From contig NC_092345.1 in assembly GCF_963676685.1 (NCBI RefSeq), positions 70,308,001 to 70,372,000 on the forward strand: a DNA stretch of 64,000 nt. The letters are read 5' to 3'. The position numbers were made by a program, and so were the translations under genes. The notes under the pieces were generated by a model. The model was not told the DNA's origin and did not search any database. It saw nothing but the letters and a program-made list of their open reading frames with translations. Source of the DNA: Mytilus edulis. Lineage: Eukaryota. Below, piece by piece: positions 27,357 through 39,300 of the stretch. The stretch's first letter is position 1. Every line of letters begins with the position of its first letter.

Positions 27357-30300
27357 TTAAATTGTGTTTTTTAAACCCCGGATATTTGAGGGAGAACTTG
27401 GTTGTGTTTTAAAGATATCACTCAGTGTTGAGTTTGCTCGACTCATAGTTTGTCTTTGATTCCTACTTGACAGAAAATCTAAACTGAAGTCCGCCTTTGT
27501 AATTTCTCCTCTTCTTTGGTTATCCGCTGAAAATTCTATTATAGCATTCGTTGATCTGCCCATTCCTCTATTCAATTCAACAGAAAACAACGTGTTATTC
27601 TCTTCAGTAATATACATGAAGAAAAGAAATGGATGATTTTTTATTCCAGGTTTGAGTCCTACACAACCAGTTGGCCGAATTCGAATTCGCTGATGCGGAG
27701 GTAGTAAAATATCCATAGATTCGAAAACTAGTTTGTGATCTTTATGTTTAGAAATTATGTCTGCTAAATTTCGCTGCAAACAACATTCAGCTTTAAAATA
27801 AAGAGTTGTATTTTCTTTCAAGGTGTAGAATAACAAGACTTTGCACACCTTTCGATTTCCGTAAAATAAATCCAGTTCGTTTTTTAACGTTTCTGCAAAA
27901 TTTTCATTTTCCCTCTTTCCACGTTTAATTGCAACTAAGGCTGCCCTGAAAAAGACCAATATTGAGTAAAACTAGTACAATCCTATGTCTATAGATATAA
28001 TATTCAATACAAACAAAGTGAAATGAGTATCTCATAAACATGTTTAAAAGAGGGACGAAAGATACCAAAGAGACAGTTTAACCCCGCCGCATTTTTGCGC
28101 CTGTCCCAAGTCAGGAGCCTCTGGCCTTTGTTAGTCTTGTATTATTTTTATTTTAGTTTTTTGTGTACAATTTGGAGTTTAGTATGGCGTTCATTATCAC
28201 TGAACTAGTATATATTTGTTAAGGGGGAAGCTGAAGGACGCCTCCGGGTGCGGAAATTTCTCGCTACATTGAAGACCTGTTGGTGACCTTCTGCTGTTGT
28301 CTTTTCTATGGTCGGTGTGTTGTCATTTGACATATTCCCAATTTCCATTTTCAATTTTATACATCTATAAAACCGCAGCACAGTATACGCCAATGATGCA
28401 GAAGTAGAACATACGTCTATGAAACATCAGCAGAGTATACGTCAATGATACAGCAGTATAGAATAGGTTAATCAGACATCAGTAGAGTATACGTCGATTA
28501 GACAGCAGTATATTCTACGCAAATGATACATCAGTAGAGTATCTCTGGCCCGATAACCCAGTTATTTTGTAGTGCAATTCTTTTAGACAATAAATTCAAA
28601 TAAAAAAAATCGTACCTGCTCCCTCAATTATTATTTTTACAGTGTAGTGTACTATTATTTGGACAAATAATATAAAAATTATCGAAACTTCTACTACCTC
28701 TTACTCAAAGAATATTGACAATTTTGTGTCAAAGGGGGTCTAAAATTAAGTCTGACAGCTTCAGACGTACTAAAATATGACCTTTTGTAACTGGACCAAA
28801 TAACTACTTAACATAAAGATTAGCACCCAATTTTTTTAACATGTAATTTTCATTCCCTTACTTAATATTTCATTGATTAAATATCAAGAAAAAGATTAGG
28901 AAACTGTATAAAAAAATGCAAGTTATACATGCTCAAATTATGGATACAAAAAAACAAAAGACGATAATTGTGTCCTTGGACAGTATGTCGATGAAACAGT
29001 CGACGAGACAGCAGTAGGGTATACGTCAACTAGGCAGTAAAAGAGTTTATTCTTATACTAGTAAAACAGCTGTAGGATAAACATCAATAAGACAGCCGTA
29101 GAACTACCTGTGAAAAGCATTTATTTTGTTTATTTTCTTTGGTTACAACTTCTGACATCAGACTCGGACTTCTCTTGAACTGAATTTTAATGTGCGTATT
29201 GTTATGCGTTTACTTTTCTACATTGGTTAGAGGTATAGGGGGAGGGTTGAGATCTCACAAACATGTTTAACCCCGCCGCATTTTTGCGCCTGTCCCAAGT
29301 CAGGAGCCTCTGGCCTTTGTTAGTCTTGTATTATTTTAATTTTAGTTTTTTGTGTACAATTTGGAAATTAGTATGGCGTTCATTATCACTGGACTAGTAT
29401 ATATTTGTTTTGGGGCCAGCTGGAGGACGCCTCCGGGTGCGGGAATTCCTCGCTACATTGAAGACCTGTTGATGACCCTTTGCTGTTGTTTTTTATTTGG
29501 TCGGGTTGTTGTCTCTTTGACACATTCCCCATTTCCATTCTCAATTTTATTATAAGGCAGACATTACCTGTGAAAGGGGACGAAGTCTGTATGATATATT
29601 TTTTTAATTCAAACCTTTCTTAACGTCAAAATCTGTTAAAAAAGAAACGGAAATTACGTAACGTTTCCGATTTTGGTTCTGTTGTTATGGATTTTAGTTG
29701 TGATGTTATTTAAGGTGGTATGGGTGTCTTCCTCCATCTTGGATTGTAAAAAACAGAGAACCAAAGGTCCAGATTTGCCATCAAGTTAGCAAAATTTGAT
29801 GCAGGAATGCAGATATTTAATGTGAATTTTCATTTATAAGAACCAATTTATAAGAATATAACTTATAAATATAAATATTTTTGTAAATGTTAATTACTTT
29901 TGGTTGTTTTTAAAAAAATTTAAATTGGCATTTTAAGGGGAGGTAACTCTAAAACAGTACAGTTTCTGAAGGATTAATTCTACATGGAATTTTTTTATTT
30001 TGTATTTTAGCCGGAAAAAACGTACGGTGACCCTATCTTTTCTTTTGATATTCTCAAAGCAGTGTCTGAAAGCTATCTTTTCCTGAAGTATTTAACAATT
30101 CTATCATTTTGTTTAGTTTCTAATTACAAAATGGTGCTTTTTCCTGTATAACCCATACAAAATGTGTCATTTTGTCCCGTCCTGTAGCTTTAGAAAATGC
30201 GTGGTGACCTATCATTTTTATTTTATTTTTCAACATGTATCAATAGATACTACATTTTGGCAAAGTATGAACAAATTCTATCATTTTTATTTTAGACTCC

Positions 30301-33300
30301 CATACCACCTTAAATTGACGTTATATTCAATGTAAACAAAGAAACGCAATCATCAGATGCCGTTTTTTTTTCATATCAAGGAATCATTAAAAATGAAATT
30401 GGTATTGCTTTCCTTCATATATTTTACTAGCCTGACAAAAATATATTTTACCCAGTCTCATGCAATAAAATTAACGGTACCAATTTTCTTGCACCAGATG
30501 CGCATTTCGACAGTACATGTCTCTTTAGTGATGCTCGTGGCCAAAATATTTGAAATCCAAAGCTTATATGAAACAAACGAGACAGGAAAAAGGAAGTAGA
30601 TTTCTGCACAAATGCGGGAAAACACAAAAGTCTGAAAATAAAAAAGTTTACGACTTTGATTTTTCCCGATTTTTTCCCCGTTTTTTTTTTTATTATTATC
30701 ATTTTGTTGATTTTACAACTGTAATAGGGGACTTCGTCCTTTAATTCTCTTCTATGTTCATACTACCTTTGTGCAAATGATAGAAATGAATGAAATGCAT
30801 TGGTTAATCCCCATTATCATAACCATTGATTCGCCTTTTTACACTTACTTTCAGTTCACTATTTTATAGACAAACATATTTATATGATGTAACATTATAA
30901 TGCACCGAGACTCATAATGCATATAATTACCCATCATAACCTTCCAATTTTCCAGCAAACCTTCCAGCTGTCATCCGTTCTGCTTTTGTATCTAGGATAG
31001 TAGGTTTTTCATCTTGGTAGCCGACAACCTTGATATCGAACTCCTCAAAATCAGATCCTTTATCTTCATTACAAGTGAGTGTTCCACTTAAATGTATTGG
31101 CTTTTTGAATTGTGATTTTTCATAATTCAATCTGATTTTGTCGCTGACAGATGCCACCAATGTTTTGGAGTTTAACGAATGCTTTGCATATTCCATGTCA
31201 GGTCTTTGTATCTGCAGAAAAGATTAAATACAACTTGCATCCGTTTATTAGCGTCAGCAAAGACACCATTACATTCTATTATCTTTTAAATAGTATTAAT
31301 ATTTTCTATGCGTGAAACTTATGTGTGTTCTACTTTATGGGGCATATTTCTCAATGTTCTTTTTATGCCGGCGTCGTTAATGATTTCAGTTATTCAACGA
31401 CGTTACGTTTGTGGACTTAGATTTATGCACGCCGTCATACGACTTATCAGTGACGATCAGATCAATATAGTTGTAAATCCAAACAAGTACACAGTTAGAG
31501 AGCATTGAGGACCCAAAATTTCAAAAAATTGTGCCAAATACGGCTAAGATAATCTATTCATGGAATAAGAAAATCTTTAGTTTTTCGAAAAATTCAAAGT
31601 TTTGTAACAGGATTTATAAAAATGACCATATACTCATCCATTATGTTTTACTAAACTTACAGTATATCCCTTTTCAAAACAAAATAAAGAAACCAGCCTG
31701 TGTGTTTTGTCAAATTGCTTCTTATTGAAGTTTATAAACACATACATGTGTATTGATACACATGTTCATGTAATTATTAATTTAGACAAAACTCGAGAAA
31801 AAACATACCCTTGTCATTCTTTTATGTTCAATCTTCAACATGTGGAAAATAAATTTACAACAGTGAAAAGATGGTACTGATTCAACGGTTAGTTTGTCAC
31901 TTTAATGAACATTATTTCAAAGTGAGAGAAATTATTTCATTTTCATATCTATGAATCGTTTTCACGTCTAACTGAGACAATGATTACATACATGCACATG
32001 TAGTTCAAAAATAAAAGTAAAATTGATTTTTTTTCTTTCTTTTTATCCTTTTCATATTTGGGGTCTGAAAATTTATCCATTGCATACAAAGCTGATTTGG
32101 GGCTTCCAAGGTTGTTTATTTCGCTTCATTCAGTTTTGTTCGATCACTTAAATCGATTGGTTAAATAGAGAATAATACATAGCAAAATCCGTATCATATG
32201 TCGTATCATCCCGAGACATCAATATCAGCCCAAGGGCCTTTAGGCCCAAGGGATGATATTGGTCGAGGGTGATACGGCATGTGACACGGATTTTGCCATG
32301 TATTATATCAGATTATCATATACTTAGACTAAATAACATATGATTTTTACCGTATGATGATAGCATTAAATAAAAGTATTTTCCATATCTTTCGAATTGG
32401 TGCTTAGCGGGCTGATATGGAAAGTTTATCACATGCTTCGATTGTTATCACATGCCTTTCCGTAACGTTATCACATGGCATTCCGGTGATACTCGGCAAA
32501 TTCCGGAAATTACACCTCAATGCTACGTTTTCAGTGAAAAACATTACAAGTAGTGTACAAAACAATAATTTATTTGAATACTGGAAAGTGTATTGTATAA
32601 AATATTTAAATTAAATTAAAAAAAAAACAATTATTAATAAATGCATTTTTTAAGTTTGTCTGAAACATAATTTAGAAAGTTACTTTTAAAAAGTTGACTT
32701 TTCCAAACAATGTTCATTATGTATATTGTTGAATTATTTTTTTTTGTCGATTCGTCCATATTAAAATGTGTGTGGTTTTTTTTTCTCTGTTGAGGCATAT
32801 GATAGAAAGATTTCATATTGAATGTATCAAATTTGGGGTCCGACGTCCGTGAACTTTTTACTCTTTCAACTTCTTTTCGGGAACCACGTAAAAGGATCAA
32901 TATATGAATCTATTATTTTTCTCTACTATTGAAGCATATGATAAAAAGATCATGACATGTCATTTTTCATATCGCATGTATTATCAGCCCTAGGTTCAAT
33001 ATCAGCCTAAGAGCCCATATGCAAAACTACTGTATTTACTACTAAACATATGATAAATAGAGAATAATACATGCCAAAATCCGTATCATATGCCGTATGA
33101 TCCCGAGATACCAATATCAGCCAGAGGGCCTTTAGGCCCGAGGGATGATATTGGGCGAGGGTGATACGGCATGTGATACGGATTTTACCATGTTTTATAC
33201 GCTTTATCATATATTTCAAAAGGAGAGTATAGTATGAAATTCAAAACAGTGTGGTTGTGGCCATTGATTGACACATTAAATTCATTCATTGACTGGGACA

Positions 33301-36300
33301 ATTTAGGTGAACGTTTGTCTGTAACGACCATTGCTCACTGTGTACTTTTTAAAGACACTTAAACTATGGGGTCACCAAAGGTTCTCAACACCTTAATAAA
33401 GTAATTCGAAAAAATTAATCAGAAATAACTCGATGTTTTGATTTATATCAATTATATAAATCAAAACATAAAGGTTATTCCTGATTAATTTTTCGAATTA
33501 TTTTATAATTAAAGGCGTTAAGAAACCTTGGTGACCCTACAGTTTAAATGTCTATCGTAGGTACGTCGTGAGTAGTGGTCGTTACATACAAACGTTCACG
33601 TAATTTGTCCCAGTAAATGGATGAATTGTATTTGTCAATCAATGGCCACAGCCACACTGTTTTGAATTTCATTCTATTTGAAATACTTTCTGATCCCTAG
33701 CACCTGGGTTACCTTCAGTTCTATTTTTGTCTTGTTTTAAAAGCTTTAAAAGAAATGCTCAATTACTCATCTGAAGCACCTAGGTTACCTTACAATTTGC
33801 GTGCTGTTGTTTCAAAAATATTTTGTTTATTGTATTTTTTTTTTGTGGGTTTTGTATGGTATTTCATTGAGTTCTTTTTTATAGTTGCATTTCGTGTGTC
33901 AGAAATATGAACACTCGACGTTTGTGACGTCACATTCCAAACAATGACGTCATTAAGTGTATTGCGTCATGTCCGAATGACCGTTCATTTACGGGATCAA
34001 TTTTGAGGAAAAATTTTTAAATTTTTTTTTCTAGAGAAGCTTGCATAAATTAAAACGGAGTTTTAAAATTGAGTAGGGGTGTGATAAAGGGTGCGATAAA
34101 GAGTCGGGGAGAGTATGATAAAGGGTGCGCATCAAAATTGCGCGATATGGATCAAACAGCAGGCTATTTATCAAATATCCAGAACTACAGTACTTATGAT
34201 AAATTATAAATCTCAACCATGTGTACTATATACATTTGTATAATATACCGAATATTTAAGAGTTTGTTCTTTGTCCACGCTTCCTTTATCAAACTGTAAA
34301 ACCAGCCGACCATCGCTACCAGTAGAAATAGTTGTTCCAGAAGGATGTACAATATTTTGTATCATCTTTGGGCCGTAAATTATTCCAAAACTGTTCATCC
34401 GATCGCAGGAAAATTCGACATAACCATTCTGAAGGAAAATATAATTGTTCTCACTATAGACATATTTGTAATGTGTATTGAACTTTAAATTTCCTCAACT
34501 GCTGTGGTACGAACGAGCTAGGTATACATGTGTAGTATACCTGGATATGTATACAGAAAAATATAGTTTTTTTTAATAACTGTATGCTTCAAATCATTAC
34601 AAAATTGCCGTATTTCAATTTTTATATACCGGAATTGAGAATAAACAGCAGGGACCAATTTCCTAAATTTGTGTTAAGACCAAAGTAATTTTAAGTAAAA
34701 ATTCATATTCGAATTTTCTCAAAACTAATAGCATTACATCTACATATATGTTTAGCATACTTTTTTTAAGTGAAGTATTTTTTTTTCTATATATTTTATT
34801 GACAAATTATACTATATTTGTATAGAAGGTCCTACATTTGTTTAGTTCGTCTTCTTCAATACATACATACTTTTCGTTTTTTTTTGCCAATGCAGTTTTG
34901 TGCGTTTTGGGATGCTAAATTCACCAAACACTCAACGATTCTAGTATTTTGGAAACAGATTCAAAATCCCCATGTCGTCATATATTTTTAAAAGAAAAGA
35001 CTGTAAGTACAAACAATACAAAAATAAAACGTACCATGTTGGCTGTATAATTTAAAAAAAAAGACACGGTAAGAAATATTTTACACATTTGTTTTAATGT
35101 GCACGGCCGACACTCGGCTAACCGAGAGATAGGTCGGTTAATCTATATTGAGTATGCGGCTATATCGGCGGTGGGTCTGTTAATCGGGTTGGCTAAAGTC
35201 TGTTAATCAGGTGTTATCGTGAAAATCAGTGCAAGGTCAGCACGTTTTATTGTATTACTTTTTAATTATATTTATATCATAAAAACTATTCATGTCTGAC
35301 AAAATGATTTGGAGTACTGAATACAGTGGTGTAATTATTTTTTTTCTAGCTTCAATAAACGATCTATAAAATGAAAAGGCGAGTTACTCATCAATAAATT
35401 TATACACATTTTACACACACAAAATGTACACAAAAATGACAAGTTGGTTGAGTTTACTTGCATGCAATCTTTTGAACATCGAAAAAAGACTGGCATTATG
35501 TTTGTTTACCATATAAACATCAATATGTGAAAAACGTACACGAAAAACTGTATTTTGGTGACATAAATCAATATTTGATAAAAATATGGTCTGTTAATGG
35601 GTCGGATGTATAAAACTCGGTCTGTTAATTGGTCTGTTAAGAGTTATGAATGACATTACAAGTATAATTTAATTGCTATATGGGATGTTATCTGAATAAG
35701 GAGATAGGCCAAAGATTAGTGGCTAGAATAAATGGAAACAACACATGAAAAATGAAACATAAGTTTAGACAATGGAATCTGAAAATTGATAGAAATGATT
35801 TTAAAAAGTGTAAAATAAAAGTAATATTAATTTCATCAAAGAATGGTCGCATATATCATGTGGATTCTGTTTCAATGATATAAATGGCACTAATTTGTCA
35901 TTTACATAGTTAACAAGTACATACATCAGAGATAAACTTCGTAATGTTTTGATTTTTTTTATCAAATGAACTGAAATATGTTTATAATGCAAACAAATAT
36001 AGACAAACCTTTCAACATCAACCTTTCTCTACACCACCTTGAAGGTCACTTGATAGAAAAACAAGCACGTTTGCGGACTGCGAGTCGGCTAAATGACTTA
36101 CGATATCATAGGAATACATCATTACTCGAAAAATAAAATTAATATTATGCATTTATTGTGATTTACAGGAATATAAAATGGTCTTGTTGTTACACATTAA
36201 ATCAGCACCCAACACTAATAAAAAAAACTTACTAATGTCTATTTCTTGTTTAGAACCACGGTTTAAAACTTGGTACAGACATTTCCTTAGGCGGCAGAAA

Positions 36301-39300
36301 ATGAGAATGATGACTCGGTACAAAGGAAAATACATACCGGAAATAAACTTCTCATGGATACCAGGATTGAAATTTGATATTCGCGCCTTGTATTTACGCC
36401 AGACACGCGTTTCGTCTACGAAAACTCATCAGTGACGCTCGAAAAAGATGTTTTAAAGGCCAAAAACAAAGTTGAAAAGCATTCAGGAAATACAACTAAT
36501 ACCGGCGTCACACATCAGCGTATACATTTGTAGCTCCGGCGTGTTAAAAATCATTTACGCTGCCAATATGCTTTAAGCGTGTATTGAGCGTACTAGAAGC
36601 GTACCTAAGGCTAAGCGTTTATCCGGCGTTCAAGAAACGTATGTTGGCGTATGTTGTATGTTTTTTATGCTGCATACACATTTCCTCGGGTTGTAGCGTT
36701 CATCAAGCTTATTTACTTCCCTTCAGTGGCTTGAGGTATAGGGGGAGGGTTGATATCTCATAAACATGTTTATCCCCTCCGCAATTTTGCGCTGTCCCAA
36801 GTCAGGAGCCTCTGGCCTTTGTTAGTCTTATATGCTTTTTAATTTTAGTTTCTTGTGTATGATTCGGAGTTTATAATGACGTCCATTATCACTGTACTAG
36901 TATGCATATTTTTTAAGGGGCCAGCTGAAGGACGCCTACGGGTGCGGGAGTTTCTTTCTACATTGAAGACCCATTGGTGGCCTTTGTCTGTTGCCTATTC
37001 TATGGTCGGGTTGTTGTCGCTTTGACACGTTCCCCATTTTCTTTCTCAATTTTACCTTTGTTTTTCGATGTACTTCAAACTTATGCAACGCGCTTTGAAC
37101 GATTGCTAAACGTTCCCATGGCGTGCAACTAACGTATACCGACTTTGTCAGTTTTCTCTGTACGTTTGATGCACGCTGGTCTATCCGCCAATGTGTGACG
37201 CCGGCATAAGGTAAGGTAGAAAAGCCTTAGTATTCCAAAGAAAACGCATGGAATTTAACCAGCTGAATTGCAACACATGACAGATTCATAGATGTTACAG
37301 ACTTTGAAAAGAAAACAAAATAAGGCTGATTGATAACTTGGCGTAAATAATAAATTCATGCGAATTCGAGCGGCCAATCAGTCCATATAACGCTAATTTG
37401 AAATGACACACCCTTTTAATGAAATGTAGAGAATTTTTTTTAAAATAAAAGTGCTCTTTCTATAAGGATAGTTATTATTACTGTTGCACCGTATTGTAAT
37501 TTTTTCGTTATAAGTACATCTCTTTTTTTTCAATTGTGAAATATAAACTCAAGGTAGTAAGACTATTGTCGTGGCTAAATAACTCTTAACTGACACGATT
37601 TAAATTGTCCAACCCATTAACAGACTGTATTCCCCTAATATTCATTAAAATGTGATATAACTCAATTTATATAACAATTATGAAATATTTATCAATGACA
37701 ATTGATTTTTTAGAACCAAAGTACTACTTTGTGTCCTTTAAATCATATCTAAAAATGGTTTTAGGCCTTTTATCTAAAATATTGCTATGCGTACAAGCAT
37801 AAAAACCACATACTTGCGCGACGCCTTTTCGTTTTACTTAAAATTGCGCAGACTATGCATTTTTTTTAATGGTGGAAAATGTTCTATGATAGATATCATT
37901 TTGTCAGACACTTTTCTTTTTTTGATGTGATTCTCATAATGTGCCAAAAAATCTGTATATTTAACAGAGTTTAACATTAAATTGTGAGTTTTACTCTTAA
38001 CAGACGTATAACCAACCCGATTAACAGACCCAACGCCGATATAGCCGCATACTCAATATAGATTAACCGACCTATCTCTCGGTTAGCCGAGTGTCGGCCG
38101 TGATGTGGTTGAGCAATTTTTCACTGGCGTACACACTCACATTTCATCAATGCATATATATATCTCCATGTTAATTTAACTGTAACTTATGATTAAAAAA
38201 AATGAAAATAACACGGTACATTTTGTATCCGTCTGAAGCGCTTTTCTTGTTGTACCTATCCTATGAACGTTCAATATAAAAAAAAAAAAGAAGACGTTTT
38301 ATGATTGCAAATGAGACAACTCACAACAAGAGACGAAATGACATAGAAATTAACAGATATAGGTCATCAATGGGCCTTTAACAATGAGCCAAGCCCATAC
38401 CGCATAGTCAGATTGAAAAGGATACAAAATCACAAATGTAAAACAGTTCAAACGAGAAAAGTAACGACTTAAAAAATGTACATTTTTGTTAACGAAAAAC
38501 AAGTATACAACAAACGACAACAACTGAATTTCTTACTTGTGACAGACAAATACATACAGAATGTGGCGGGGTTACCTTAGATGTATTTGGCAAAACTTTT
38601 AGGAAATTTGGTTCTCAATGCTCTTCAACTTCGTACTTTATTTGGCCTTTTTAATTTTTTTGGATTCGAGCGTCGATGATGAGTCTTTTGTAGACGAAAT
38701 GCGCATCTGGCGTAGATACAAAATTTAGTCCTGGTGTCTATTATGAGTTTATATTAAACAGGCCATATATTTGAAAGTCAAGGTAAACACCAAAATATCG
38801 GAAGAGGTATTTTACCGAAATATGGCAAGCAATAAAATCAAGATACAATGGAATTTGATGCGACTATAATACAAGTGAGATATTTAGCTAGCTATAAAAC
38901 CAGGTTCAATCCAGCATTTTTCCTAGGAAAATGCCTGTGGTAGCACTCCACAGTTAGAAAATAAAATTAAAAATGAACCACAAAATGTTGTATCATCTCC
39001 TATTCCTAAATTCATTAACCTAACTGTTTGTGTTGTACATGTGCATATGTATGTGACTAGCATCATCCATAGATTTGATTTTCAAAAGTCAAAAGGGTGA
39101 AATATAATTCTGTTTATGTGTATCCATGGCAACATTCTGCATTTATTTACCATAAAATATTGCAGAAAGGGGATTTAAAATATCACACAGCCCCCTAAAA
39201 TTTGGATCAAACTAGAATTTAAATGCCTATGAGTGAGAAACTGTTGAAATTAATCTTCCTAATGATCAAATAAAAAATGGGTGTTTGGTTGGGTTTTTTT

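Larger units (their letters stand above)
35102..38102. mobile_element. Non-autonomous Transib-like DNA transposon (CAC...GTG ends, 5-bp TSD ATGTG)
   Basis: ~90-bp near-perfect TIRs beginning CACGGCCGACACTCGG; ATGTG at 35097-35101 and 38103-38107; subterminal GGTCTGTTAA repeats; no transposase seen. Confidence 0.75.

Noticed and set aside
35102-35135. RSS-like heptamer/nonamer of a RAG transposon
   Set aside because: Only CAC matches; no nonamer at 12 or 23 spacing, the TIRs are symmetric, and no RAG-like coding sequence was seen.
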